Source: the human T2T-CHM13v2.0 reference genome, Homo sapiens. From it: a stretch of DNA of 64,000 nt. The DNA lies in NCBI RefSeq assembly GCF_009914755.1, contig NC_060947.1; one strand, written 5' to 3'. The position numbers were made by a program, and so were the translations under genes. Shown here piece after piece: positions 51,334 to 64,000 of the stretch. Positions within the stretch are counted from its first letter, which is position 1; every line of letters starts with the position of its first letter. The notes under the pieces were generated by a model. That model was not told the origin of the DNA. It saw nothing but the letters and a program-made list of their open reading frames with translations, and made no database searches.

Positions 51334-53534
51334 TATACAATCATATCATCTGCAAACAGTGATAATTTAACTTCCTTTTTTTCAATTTAGATGCTTTTGT
51401 TTTTCTTATTATCTAATTGCTCTGTGTAGTACTTCCATAATTATGTTGATTAGGAGTGGTAATAATGGCCATTCTTGTCTTGTTCCTGTTCTTAGGGGAA
51501 ATGCTTTAACCTTTCCCCCATTCAGTATGACGCTGGCTTTGGGTTTGTCACATATGGCTTTTATTATTTTGAGGTAGGTTCCTTCTATGTTGTTGAGAGT
51601 TTTCATCATAAAGGGGGCTAGATTTTGTTGAATGCTCTCTCTGCCTCTATTGAGATGATCATATAGTTTGTCCTTTTAATTCTTTCAAATGATGTACCAC
51701 ATTTATGGAATTGCATATGTTAAACCATCCTTGTATCCATGGAGTGAACCTACTTGATCATGATGAATTATCTTTTTGATGTGCTGCTAGATTCAATTAG
51801 CTAATATTTTGTTGCTGATTTTTGCATTTAAGTTCATCAGGGAAGTTTGTGTGTTGTTTTCTTCTTTTTATTGTACTATTTCCTGATTCTGGTATCAGGG
51901 TGATAGTAGCTTCATAGAATGATTTAGAGAGGATTCCCCTTTTCTCAATCTCTTGGAAGAGTTTCAGTAGAATTGGTACCAATTCTTTTTTTTTTTTTTT
52001 AATATCTGGTAGAATTCAGCTGTGAATCCATCTGGCCATTTTTTGTTGGCAATTTTTAAATTACTGATTCAATCTTGCTGCTTGTTATTGGTCGTTCAAT
52101 GTTTCTATTTCTTACTGATTTAATCTAGGAGGGCTGTGTGTTTCCTAGAATTTGTCCATTTTCTCTAGGTTTTCTAGTTTGTGCACAGAGATCTTCATAG
52201 TAGTCTCAAATGATCTTTTGTATTTCTATGATGTCAGTTGTAATGTTTCTAGTTTCATTTCCAATTGAGCTTATTTTTCTCTTCTCTTTTTTTTCTTGAT
52301 TAATCTGGATAATGGTCTATCAATTTTATCTATTTTTTCAAAGAACCACCTCTTTGTTTCCTTTACTTTGTTTATATATTTTTTTGTTTGAATATTATGT
52401 AGTCCTGCTCTAATCTTTGTTGTTTTCTTTCTTCTTTTAGCTTTAGGTTTAGTTTGTTCTGGTTTCTCCAGTTTGTTGAAGTGGGACATTAAGTTATCAA
52501 TTTGTACTCTTTCAGACTTTTAAATGTGGACATTTAGCCCTATGAAATTTCCTTTTAGCACTGCTTTTGCTGTATCTCAGAGGGTTTGGTAACTTTTCTC
52601 ATTATTATTTAATTCAAATAACTTTCTATTTTCATCATGATTTAATGTTAAGCCAGTTATTCAAGAGCAGATTATTTAATTTCTATATATTTGTATAATT
52701 TTGAGGTTTCCTTTTTGAGTTGTCTTTTAGCTTTATTCCACTATGGTCTGAGAAGATACTTGATATAATTTTGGTTTTTAAAAATGCATTGAGACTTGTT
52801 TTGTGGCCTGTCATGTGGTCTATCTTGGAGGCTGTGCTGTGTGCTGATGAGAAAAAATTATATTCTGCAGTTCTTGGGGAGAATGTTTTGTAAAGATTCA
52901 CTAAGTCCATTTGTTCCAGCATGTTATTTAAATCCATTTTCTTTCTGTTGACTTTCTGTCTTGATTATCTGTCTAATGCTGTCAGTGCTGTATTGAAGTC
53001 TCCCACTATTACTGTTGCACTGTTTATCTCATTTCTTAGGTCTAGTAGTAACTTTTTTATGAATCTAGGAGCTCCAAGATTTTATGCATATATATTAGGA
53101 CTGTAATATATTCTTGCTGAATTTATCTTTTTAATATTATATAATGACAATTTTTTTTTTTTACTATTGTTGCTTTAAAGTCTATTTTGTCTGATATAAG
53201 ATTTTCCACTCCTGGTCACTTTTGATTTCTATGTGTGTGGAATAGCTTTCCCAATCCTTTTATCTTGAGTTTGTATGAATCATTCTGTGTTAGGTGGGTC
53301 TCTTGAAGACAGCAGATATTTATATTGTAATTTTTATCCGTTCCGCCATTCTGTATTTTTTAAATGGAGCATTTAGTCCATTTACATTACATATTAAGAT
53401 GTGAGTTACTGTTTTCTTTATCACGTTGTTACTGCAATAGTTTTTTATTGTGTTACTGTTTCACAGCTCTGTGAATTTTAATATTTCAAGAGGTTCTATT
53501 TTGACACATATTGGGCTTTTGTTTCAAGGTTTAG

Positions 53535-53538
<4 letters not shown>

Positions 53539-53588
<50 letters not shown>
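53539..53588. repeat. Pure poly(T)50
   Basis: Counted directly. Confidence 0.97.
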
Positions 53589-53590
<2 letters not shown>

Positions 53591-56500
53591 CATTTCTTGT
53601 AGTGCTGGATTGGTAGTGACAAATTCCCTCCACATTTATTTGTCTGAAAATGACTTTATTTCTCCATCATTTATAAAAATTTGTTTTGCAGGATATAACA
53701 GCTGACAGCTGTTCTGTTTAAGGAAGTTGAAGATAGGACCCCACTCTTCTACCTTGTAAGGTTTCTGCTGAGAAGTCTGCCGTTAGTCCGATAGATTTTC
53801 CATTGTAGCTTACCTTCTGCTTTTGTCTTACTGCTCTTAGAATTATTTCCTTCATGTTCACTTTAGATAGCCTGGTGACTGCATGTCTTGGTGAAATTCT
53901 TTTTGCAGTGAATTTCCAAGGAGTTCTTTGAGCTTCTTGAATTTAGATATACAAATCTCTAGCCAGGCCAGAAAGCTTTTCTCAATTCCCTCAAATAGGT
54001 TTTCTAGACTTATTATTTTCTCTTCTCTCTCAGGAACATCAATACTCTTAGTTTTGGTCATTTGACATAATCTCACATTTCTTGGAGACTGTTCATTTCT
54101 TTTGATTTTTTTCTTTATTTTTGTCTAATTGAGTTAATTAAAAAGCCTTGTCTTTGAGCTCTGAAATTACTTCTCCTGAATTTTTTTCTTCTGCTTCACC
54201 TGTAGCTCCTGCACTTGCTGCCCACTTTATACTCTCCTCTGTTCCTGGCCAAAGGAGTTTGTCTCTACTCAATGTTATATTGTAAAACCCCAATGGAAGC
54301 TTCTTTCAATCTGAAACCACCAACTGAACTCTTTGGTTGTCTTCTGCAGGGTCCCCTGTGAGGAAAAGTAAGGAATAGCTGCCCTTGTTCCACAGTGGGA
54401 TCTGGAGGTGCACACAAGTTTCTTACCCACTGATGCTCCTACTTTTATATTCCACAATCCTCCTCAAGTTGGTTCCTGCACTGGGTGGCAGTAAGGCCTT
54501 TCCTCATGTCCTGGATTTTCAGGGTCTCCAGTGGGGGCATGTATCCCAAAGGCAAACTTTCGCCCCTCACACTCTGGGGACTCACAACCCTTTGCCTGAC
54601 TCACAGTGTAGGCTGCAGCCTCCTGCTTCCTTCAAAGGAGCAGTATGCCAGCAATGCCTCTAATCTACCATCTTGGAAAAAAACCATATTATTTCTTTAA
54701 GTGTATTTTATGGCTTTTTAAATCTCTATTCTCCTGCAGGAACTCCACTTTTGCAAATTGTGTGTCTTGATAATGTCCCATACTCTTGTAGGCTTTCTTC
54801 ATTTTCTTTACATTTTTTTCTTTTTACTCCTCTGTCTGAATAATTGTAAATATTCTTTTTTCTTGTTCACTGATTTTTTCCTTTTGTTTTATTCAGCCTG
54901 CTGTTGAAGGTTTTTACTGATTTTTTTTTTTCAGTGCAGTCATTGTGCTCTTTATCACTATGATTTCTACTTGGTTTCTAAAATGTTTTCTATTTTTGTC
55001 AAAGTTTTTACTGTTGATGTATTTTTTCCCGAAATTTATTAAATTTTCTACCCATGTATTTTTTGTAATTCACTAAACTATTTTTGGAGAAATTATTTGT
55101 CAGCCTTTTACTAGATTGCTATTTTTTAGGATTTATTGTTGAAGCTTCATTAGTTTTTATAGAGATGTCATGATTCCCCAATTCTTCATAATTCTTATGT
55201 TGTTTAATTTGTGCGTGTGCATTTGAGAAGTGACACTCCTATTCCATCCTTTATAGGTGTTTTTGTAAGGAATAGACCTCCTCTATTAAGTCCAGTTGTT
55301 GATTCTAAGTGAGCCAGCAAGTAATGACACCTGGTAGGCAGAGTTTTCTGTTAGGTTCTCTAGCTGGCTAAGCTGCTAGTTTGCTCAGGTTGGATGGGGC
55401 TGCTAGCTGGGCTCTGCTGTCTAGTGAGAGCTCTGGCTAGGCTCTTCAATCAGGAAGAGCTGTGGGCTTGATACAATGATTACTTCTCATCAGGCTGAGA
55501 CATAAAATGCATTCCCTGGCCCAATGGCACCAGCTCTGCAAATTGGTAGAGCTGTAGGTTGTTTTCCAAGGTTAGATGGAATCACTGCTCAAGATAGTGG
55601 GGACCAGTTGCTATGATTAATAAAAATTGTACAGTTGAGATTTGTCTCCTTGTCTGAGTGGAGACTTGGGATGACCTTTAAGACTGAGATGAGCCACTGT
55701 TTGAGTGACCAGGTGGCAAAGGTGGTCCTGTGGTTGGCTGAAAGGCACTGCTTTGGGCATATCCTTTACCGGGAAGGGCCTTGAGGTGGGCTTTGAGGCT
55801 CATCAAAGCCAGTGTTTAAACACCTAACTGGTATAAATCTAGTCCCTCTGCTTTGCTGAATGGTGTTGTCATAAACATCTACCTTCTTGTGTGGGATCTC
55901 ATCTGGGGTGGGCTTTGCCATTGAACAAAGTCCTTGTTTGAGTTCCCAGGTGGTACAACTCTATCCCATGCACTTTGCTAAAATAGTTTATGGCAGGCAT
56001 CTTTCTCCCTCGGCAGGGCCTTGGGGTGGGGTTTGAAGTTGGGCATGAAAGGTGTCTGTTTTGGGACTCAGCCAGATTGAATTTTCCACCATGCCTCTGA
56101 AAGCAATATGCTCAGCTTTGCAGGTAGACCGTGCAGTTGGTACCTCTAATTGGTCATCTCTGTTGGCAGTAACATGGAGCTACCACCAAAGATCCACATA
56201 CTAGTTGCTGTGAGAAATTCCTCCTTTCTTTGTTCCTGTTTGACTTCAACTGGTCTAACTGTGAAATTACCTTTTTATTCCCAGTGAGATGAGACTGAGA
56301 GGCATTTTAGAATGCTAGGGAACCTGGATGTTCATCTCCAAATCTGTTTTCTCACTGTAGAAACATCATCCCAAGAGAATCCTCTCTTTGTGACACTTGG
56401 TCAACTTGGAGGCAAGAAAGGGAAAATGGGGCATATATGAGACTACTCCTCTTATACTTCCAAAGGAGTTTTGTTGGATTTACTGGTCCCCTTTGGTGTC

Positions 56501-56632
56501 TCAGGCTTATTTCCAAGTTTTTGGGTTTTTCGGGTGTTTTTGTATGTGGATAGTTGTTAGTCGAGCTTTCCCTGAGGGAAGGGTGAAGAAAAGCCTAGGA
56601 CCTCATATTTTACAATATTGCTAATGTCACCT

Positions 56633-56908
56633 CTGTCACTATTATTAATTATAATCATCATACTGTACATAGGTCTCCAGAATTTACTCATCTTATGAAT
56701 GAAAGTTCATACCCTTTAGCGAACATCTCCCCATTTTTCCTATTTCCTGGCCCTGGCCCTGTGGCAATCACCATTCTATTCACTGCTTCTATGAGTGAGT
56801 GTGACTTTGTAAATTCCACATATAAGTGAGATTATAAAGTATTTTTGGTGTTTTGTCTGGATAATTTCACTGTGCATAATGTCCAGATTCATTAATGTTG
56901 TCACAAAT
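56633..56908 (-). mobile_element. L1MA/MB 3' fragment
   Basis: TACATAGGTCTCCAGAATTTACTCATC...TTCCACATATAAGTGAGAT. Confidence 0.7.
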
Positions 56909-58116
56909 CAGCCATTATTTTTTAAATACGTTTTCTGTCACTTTCTCTGTCTCATCACTTTCTGTTATTTTAACAAGGAAAAGGTTAGCTCTCTTGTTGG
57001 TGTCCCATAAATCTCACAGGCTTTTATCACTTTTAATTTTTTTCTTTATTCTCCTCTGATGATTTGTCTGTGAGTTTGCAGATTTTTTTTTCCTTTGATC
57101 AAGTCTGTTGTTGGCACTCTCTATTGCATTTATTATTTCACTCATATTTTGCAGCTGCAAAATTTCTTTCTTATGATTTCTGTTTCATTACTAAACTTCT
57201 AATTTTTTGTATATATTGTATTTTTTTCTGATTTTATTGAGTTGTCCATCCGTATTATCTCGTAGCTTGCTGAGCTTTTAAAAATCATTTTTATGAATTC
57301 TCCCTGAAGCAACATGTAGATACCCATTTCTTTGGGGTTAGTTACTGGAATATTTTGTGTCCCTTTGTTGATGTAAAGTTCCCTTGACTATTCATGTTTC
57401 TTGAAGTATTGTGTTACTGCCTTCACACTTAAAGAAGCAGTCTGGCTGGCTTGGAAAGAGAAACACCTTCACCAATCATGAAGAAAAGGTTAAGCAATTG
57501 GCTAGGAATTCTGAGTCTTCCTTAGATTATTCTCTACAGATGCACCTGCTTCATACCTCTTCATTCCATTTATGGGAGATTTATTAAGATTGTATACCTT
57601 TTCTCAATTCCACAGTGCCAGGCTGGGTGATAAGAGCCTTCTTTTTTTTTTTTTTCCTGGAGTAGTTTCCTAAAATGCTCAAGTTTGCATGCTTTCTCTT
57701 AATAACACAGAATTTAGCCAGCTGGATGCAAGTGCTCATGAGTCATCTGCAAGAGCTTACATTTAAAGTCTGAGGGAAAAGCAGGGTAGTGCATGTGGTG
57801 AGCCAGTCCTGGCAACGAAGGTAGTGAGGCACATCAAGTATTTGGAGAACCCATAGGCAAGTTGGGAGGCATCGGCAGGGAAAGCATTCCACATTGCTTG
57901 TGGGAAGCTAACTGATGGAATCTTGCTGTGGTTATTTTGGGCTTAAGTCTCTATTTTTGTTTTCAGCTTCTCCCAACCACTCAGCTCTGCTGATTACTTC
58001 AGTAATCTGGGTGAGGCAAGAAAGAAATGGGCCTCGTAAGTCGTAACCCATTGTTCGTGGTAGTCAGGCACTCACTACATTATTACTTTCCCTTGTAAAA
58101 AATAATAATAATAATT

Positions 58117-58324
58117 GGCCGGGCGCGGTGGCTCACGCCTGTAATCCCAGCACTTTGGGAGGCCGAGGCGGGCAGATCACGAGGTCAGGAGATCGAGACC
58201 ATCCTGGCTAACACGGTGAAACCCCGTCTCTACTAAATATACAAAAAATTAGCCGGTGTGGTGGGCGCCTGTAGTCCCAGCTACTCGGAAGGCTGAGGAA
58301 GGAGAATGGCATGAGACTCCGTCT

Positions 58325-58355
<31 letters not shown>
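58117..58355 (+). mobile_element. AluY with a right-arm deletion of about 70 bp and an A30 tail
   Basis: CpG-rich; GAGATCGAGACCATCCTGGCTAACACGG; jumps GGCATGA|GACTCCGTCTC. Confidence 0.95.
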
Positions 58356-58358
<3 letters not shown>

Positions 58359-58464
58359 CAGGTTGCAGAGGTCTCCCTTGGTAATGTGTTGTGCCTCCGA
58401 GGGGGAGGAATAGCATGGATACATTAAAACTGTCCTACTTACTTTTTAAATGACTGTATTCTCA

Positions 58465-58827
58465 CTGTGCAGCCATAAAAAAGGATGAGTTCATGTCCTT
58501 TGTAGGGACATGGATGGAGCTAGAAACCATCATTCTCAGCAAACTATCGCAAGGACAGAAAACCAAACACCGCATGTTCTCACTCATAGGTGGAAATTGA
58601 ACAATGAGAACACTTGGACACAGGAAGGGGAACATCACACACAGGGGCCTGTCTTGGGGTGGGGGGAGGGGGGAAGGATAGCATTAGGAGATATACCTAA
58701 TGTAAATGACGAGTTAATGGGTGCAGTACACCAACATGGCACATGTATACATGTGTAACAAACCTGCACGTTGTGCACATGTACCCTAGAACTTAAAGTA
58801 TAATAATAAAATAAAATAAAATAAAAC
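58465..58827 (+). mobile_element. L1PA4/5-like 3' fragment
   Basis: 17-bp TSD AAATGA(C/G)TGTATTCTCA at 58448 and 58828; (TAAAA)n tail. Confidence 0.95.
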
Positions 58828-59009
58828 AAATGAGTGTATTCTCAGATTTTTGCTCCAACAGTGTAGTAAAATATTTCTGCTGGACTCCTGTACTCACAAA
58901 GGTACTCTTCATCTGTAGGTAATTGTCAAAAAGAATAGCTGTGCAGGGGGATGATGGTAGAAATCTCCTATTCTGCCATCTTGCTGATATCTCCGCCTGA
59001 CCACATTTA

Positions 59010-59576
59010 TATAAATTCCTATGATATATAAACTAATTTGTAGTAATAGTAAACAGATTATTTAGCGGCCTGGGGCATAAAGGAGCAATTACGGGATGAA
59101 TCACAAAGTGACAAAAGAAAACTTTTGAGTGATCAATATGTTCAGTATCTTGACTGAGATATTTTAACATCTATATGTGTTTATATATGCATATACAACA
59201 TATATACACACACATGCATATATAAACATATATATTTATATGTGTATGTGTGTGTATATATATCTATGTTGGCACTCTCTATTGCATTTTTTATTTCACT
59301 CATTGTATTTTGTACCTGCAAAATTTCTCTTTTTTATGATTTTTATGATTTCTGTCATTACTAAAATTCTTGTTACATTGTACTTTGCACCTGCAAAATT
59401 TCTCCTTTTTATGATTTTTTAATGATTTCTGCCTTGTTATTAAAATTCTAATTCCGTGTGTATATATGCACATACATACATTTATATATGCGTGCGTGTA
59501 CATTCTCTTCAAAATTCATCAAATTATACAACTTACATATATGCAGTTTATAGCATGACAATTAAACCTAAAAAAT
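59010..59576 (+). mobile_element. L1ME-like 3' fragment with a (TA/CA)n tract and an inserted copy at 59267-59453
   Basis: AAACTTTTGAGTGAT...ATGTTCAGTATCTTGA and AAAATTCATCAAATTATACA...ATGCAGTTTAT. Confidence 0.55.
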
Positions 59577-59589
59577 CATTAAAGATTCA

Positions 59590-60212
59590 CATTACTATTT
59601 TAGACCTCTTCAGAATGGCCTTTAATGTCCATATTTCTACAAACATTTTGATTATGACCACTTAAGTCATCTCTAAAACATTTCAGAGTTGTTCTACAGT
59701 TATTCTCTTCTTCTGAGCTCTCATTATAATTTCTCATATTGTTCCAATCATGGCTTCTTATATCTTGCATTTCAAAAAACTTACTGATCTTTTCCAGTTG
59801 CCCAGTTCCAAAACTGCTTTTACATTTTCAAATAATTGTATAGCACATTCCACTCTTCAGTACCAATTTCTGTCTTAATCCATTTGTGCTCGTATTACAA
59901 AATACCTAAAAAAATCACAATTTATAATGAATAGAAATTTATTTTTCCCACATAACTGGAGGCTAGGAAGTCCAATATCAAGGTGTTGGCATCTTTTTCG
60001 GGCCTTCTTGCTGCATTATCACACAGTGGACATTGGAAGGACAAAAAGGCAAAAGGGGGCTGAACTCCTCCTCATGTTATTGTTAATCGCATCCATTAAG
60101 GTAGAGCCCTTATGGCCCTATCACCTCCCAAAATATAACCTCTTAACACCACCACAATTACAATTAAATTTCAACAAGAGTTTTGGAAAGGGCAAACATT
60201 TAAACCATAGGG
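59590..60212 (-). mobile_element. MaLR (MST/MLT1A-like) LTR at about 59871-60212 plus adjoining internal sequence
   Basis: GTACCAATTTC|TGTCTTAATCCATTTGTGCT int/LTR junction; GGAGGCTAGGAAGTCCAATATCAAGG; ends TTTAAACCATAG. Confidence 0.75.
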
Positions 60213-60794
60213 GTCTACAAGTCCTCTCATGGCTTCATATGCTTTCCTATCTTCCCTTGATATCAAGATCTTCTCTTTCAAATATGCATTATTCACTCAC
60301 TAGTACTTCAGATAACCTCACTTCAGTGACTTTCTAGCATGTTTATTGCATTGCCAGTTTCCAGTACTTGGCAATTTCAACCAAGTTGCATCTTATGACC
60401 TTGTTCGTGAACTGCAAAGCAATACAAAGAAAATTACGTAGTCATGAATATGGCCTCTACCACAAAATTTAAAGTACCCACTCTCAGCTGAGGGCTGAGT
60501 GTACTTTACAGGTACTTTGCTAAATATTTAACTCTCCACTTCATTCCCCACAATAGTTGTACTGCTCACCTTCTTTTCTCAATACTCTAATTCTACATCA
60601 TTTCTTCTTCTCAGATGATATCACTGAGAAGATTAAGATGATCAGATGTGTATCACAACTTTTCATCTCTGACACACTGGTAGAATGTTTGCAAAGTTCT
60701 TTTGAATAATTATGTATTACACTTTTTCTTCTGTGTCTAAAGCAAAAATTGCTTTCTCTCTTGACGAAGTCAATTATTCTACCAGTAATTTATA

Positions 60795-60925
60795 CATCTG
60801 GGCCGTTGCTAAATACAAATTCTGATTTAAAAGGTATGGTGTAGGCTCATGACCCTGTATTTCTAAGAAATCACTTGGTGAAGTGAAAGTGCTATTTGTC
60901 CACAGAGCAGTTTAAATAGGAAGGC
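60795..60925. mobile_element. MER5-like DNA transposon fragment
   Basis: AATTCTGATTTAAAAGGTATGG...CTGTATTTCTAAGAA resembles MER5. Confidence 0.45.
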
Positions 60926-61964
60926 TTTATAATATCTTGCTTTGTCAGTTAACCTCATTTTTTGAATACATCTTCAGTTTATTCCACTTCTTGAAGCTTC
61001 CTTGTGAACATTCTAAAATTGTCTCATTTCTCTTTTTCACTTGAAAAACTTTGTGACAGTGTAGTCTACAACATTTAATCCACTTATCTACCAGTCCAAC
61101 CTTGAATTCCATGTTATCTGAGTGCTTTTCCCACCACGTATTTATATTTACTTTCAAAAATGACACCAACTGACTATGAAGAGCCAAATATAATCACTAT
61201 TTCTAAATTCTTAGCCTAATTTCTTTCACAGATACATAGGCTGGAAAGCTAGCTACTGAGAAGTTACACAGGATGACACTGCTCTGGTAAAGTCAACATG
61301 ATTCACATGAACCCAGACTTCAGTTTTGCCAATCCAGAATCTGGATTTACTAAGCAGCAGACCAGAAAAAGAAAAGAAAATAAAAGTGTGTCAATAACTG
61401 ATATGTATAATAAGTTCCAGTATTTCCTTTTTAAATGCATGGTTATCCACTTCAGACTTAGAAATTTTTGAGAGGGTACCCTTATTTCCCATATTAAGGT
61501 AATTAGAAAGCCAAATTAGTAATCAGAAGGCTGCTTTATGAAAACAGAATTAAAGTAAAGAATATGATGTCTGTCAATATTTTATTTGGATCACGATAAT
61601 GTCAGGTGTAATGTCCCGGCTATGGCCCATAATACTTTGATGAATACAACACTAAGTATACCATATGTCATACTTGGGTAATACAGAAGACAACATGCAA
61701 ATTTTTGATTCTCTAATCACTCTTTTCAATGCCATTTACTTCTTTTTTATTGATAAATTCTCACTCTAGATATTATTGGCCAAGTGGCAAGAGTTGAAGA
61801 AGGCAGTGAATCATATAAGCTATCCAAGGGATAGTGTAATCTCCAGCAAGAAATGTCAAGGAATCAACAGTCCTTTCCTAAGCCATGTTATTTTTCTCTC
61901 CACACATACACATACACCAAAGGTAATTCTATAATATTTTTATGCTTTTGATTACTGCTTACAT

Positions 61965-62130
61965 ACTAAATATCCCAAATTTATATTTCAATCTCAAATA
62001 TTTTTCCTCATATTTATGCCCATTTTTCCAACTGCTTTCTTCACATCTTTACTAACCTCTCGTATACATTAAAATCTTAATAGGTCAAAAATGAAATTTA
62101 TCACCTCCTTCATCTCTCTTATTCCAAAAA
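61965..62130 (+). mobile_element. L2 fragment
   Basis: TCCCAAATTTATATTTC...TCCAACTGC...AAATCTTAATAGGTCAAAAATGAA. Confidence 0.45.
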
Positions 62131-62157
62131 ATAAACAAAAACTTAAATGATGATTGA

Positions 62158-62508
<351 letters not shown>

Positions 62509-62511
62509 AGG

Positions 62512-63850
62512 TTTTTTTTTTTTTTTATTGTGAAACATTGTACATGTTTATAGGGTAAAATTTGATGTTTAAATGCATATATATATTGTATAAGGATCAA
62601 ATCAAGACAGTTAGCATATCCATCATTTCATGCATTTATCATTTGTGTTGAGAACATTTAAAAAAAACTTTTCTTCTAGCCATTTATTTATTTATGTTTA
62701 TTTTAAGTTCTGGGGTACATGTGCAGAATGTGCAGTTTTTTCACATAGGTAAACATGTGCCATGGTGGTTCACTACACGTATAAACCCATCACTGAGGTA
62801 TTAAGTCCAGCATGCATTAGCTGCTTTTGCTGATGCTCTCCCTTCCCTTACCCCTCTGAAAGGACCCAGTACGTGTTGTTCCCCTCCCTGTGTCCATGTA
62901 TTCTCTTTCTTCAGCTTCCCCTTATAAGTGAGAACATGCAGTGGCTTGGTTTTCTGTTCCTGCGTTAGCCATTTTTAATATACAATGCCTTACTATTAAC
63001 CACAGTCACTTTGCTGTGAAACATAACTTATTCCTCTTATATAATTGTAATTATAATTAAAATTCCTCTTATAATCCCTCTTGTATCATTCCTCTTATAT
63101 AATTTCCTGTGCATATAACTTATTCTTCTCCTATAATTGTAACTTTGTACCCTTCGTTCAACCTTTCCCAATGCTTCCCTTCTTTATCTTTTTCTCAGTC
63201 TCTGGTAACCACTATTCTACTATTTCCATGATGTCAACTTTTTCTCTAGATTTAACATATTGGTGAGATTATGTGGTATTTTTCTTTCTGTGTATGTTTT
63301 ATTTCAGGTAATATTATGTTCTCCAGTTGCATCCAGGTTGCCACAAATAACAGAATTTTATTCCTGTTTATGGTGGAGTAATATTTCATTGTATATACAT
63401 ACCACATTATCTTTACCCATTCATCCATTTTTTGACACTTAGCTGGATTCCATATTTTGGCAGTTGTTAATAGTGCTGCAATAAACATTGGGTTGCAGAT
63501 ATCTCTTCTACATACTAATTTAATATTTTTTGGATATAAACTCAATAATAACATTGTATCTTATGTATAATTAGATGTTATGGTAATTCTACTTTCAATT
63601 ATTAGGAAACCTCCATACAATTCTTCATAATAGCTGTACTAATTTACAGTCCCACGAACAGTGTGTAGGTGTTCTCTTCTGTCCACATTCTTCCCAGCAC
63701 ATGTTTTTTTTTTTTTTGTCTTTTAGATAATAGCCATTATAAATGGAGTGGGGTAGTAGCTTGATTTGCATTTCCCTGATAATTAGTGGTATTGAACATT
63801 TACTTATATAACTGTTAGCCATTTGTATGTCTTTTTTTCAGAAACTGTAA
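62512..63850 (-). mobile_element. L1MA-like 3' fragment, split by L1PA at 62686-62965
   Basis: ORF2 C-terminal remnants (ORFs 63252..63554 and 63625..63822) and an L1MA-type 3'UTR. Confidence 0.82.
62686..62965 (-). mobile_element. Short L1PA (PA8-PA10-like) 3' end
   Basis: TSD TAGCCATTT at 62677 and 62966. Confidence 0.88.
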
Positions 63851-63904
63851 TTTATTTTATTGGTATTACAAAAGTTACCAATGTCTTGGAATTTTATTCT
63901 GTTT

Positions 63905-64000
63905 CTTTTTTAAAAAATTAAAAATGTTCTATTGATACATAATAATTGTAGATATTTATGGGATACATGTGATTTTTTTTCCTTGGATAGGCAATAGATT
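63905..64000 (-). mobile_element. L1MA-like 3' end, continuing off the right edge
   Basis: TTGATACATAATAATTGTAGATATTTATGGGATACATGTGAT. Confidence 0.65.

Larger units (their letters stand above)
48876..54683 (-). mobile_element. Near full-length L1PB (PB3-like) with a deletion in the ORF1/5'UTR region near 54190
   Basis: L1PB-type 3' end, ORF2 and ORF1 fragments, 5' end CCAAGATGGTAGATTAGAGGCA. Confidence 0.85.
41206..56632 (-). mobile_element. Old L1M (5' half) in pieces: 41206-41219, 41526-43109, 44989-45289, 48525-48875, 54684-56632
   Basis: ORF2 (ILANQIQEHFKKM; start-like MVSPYLSIITLNIN in ORF 42788..42991), ORF1 and 5' region resume across each nested insertion. Confidence 0.72.
56909..58995 (-). 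mobile_element. Old L1M ORF1/5' region, interrupted by AluY and L1PA
   Basis: T-rich ORF1-like antisense sequence ending CCTATTCTGCCATCTTGCTGA (L1M 5' end). Confidence 0.65.

Overview
Primate (hominoid-like, probably human or great ape) non-genic DNA that is AT-rich and, by my estimate, about 85-90% interspersed repeats, mostly LINE-1. I find no cellular protein-coding gene, RNA gene or CRISPR array; the longer ORFs in the track are L1, Tigger1, THE1-int or Alu remnants. The window holds deeply nested transposons. A Tigger1 is stretched from about 2.4 kb to 19 kb by two near full-length L1s, one of which carries a complete THE1A provirus, an L1PA2 fragment, an Alu and an MSTA LTR. A full-length L1PA7 has clean TSDs, and an old L1M is split by four later L1s. 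The best second-look signals are an open 119-codon L1 ORF0 in a ZNF93-site-retaining 5'UTR, three apparent L1 3' transductions, two local templated copies, a homogeneous 32-bp L1-derived minisatellite next to a 24-bp-arm palindrome, a multi-hairpin repair scar, and a strong L1 strand bias. I do not see evidence for a new biological system. Subfamily names come from recalled consensus sequences and need RepeatMasker/Dfam confirmation; boundaries of old elements are approximate.
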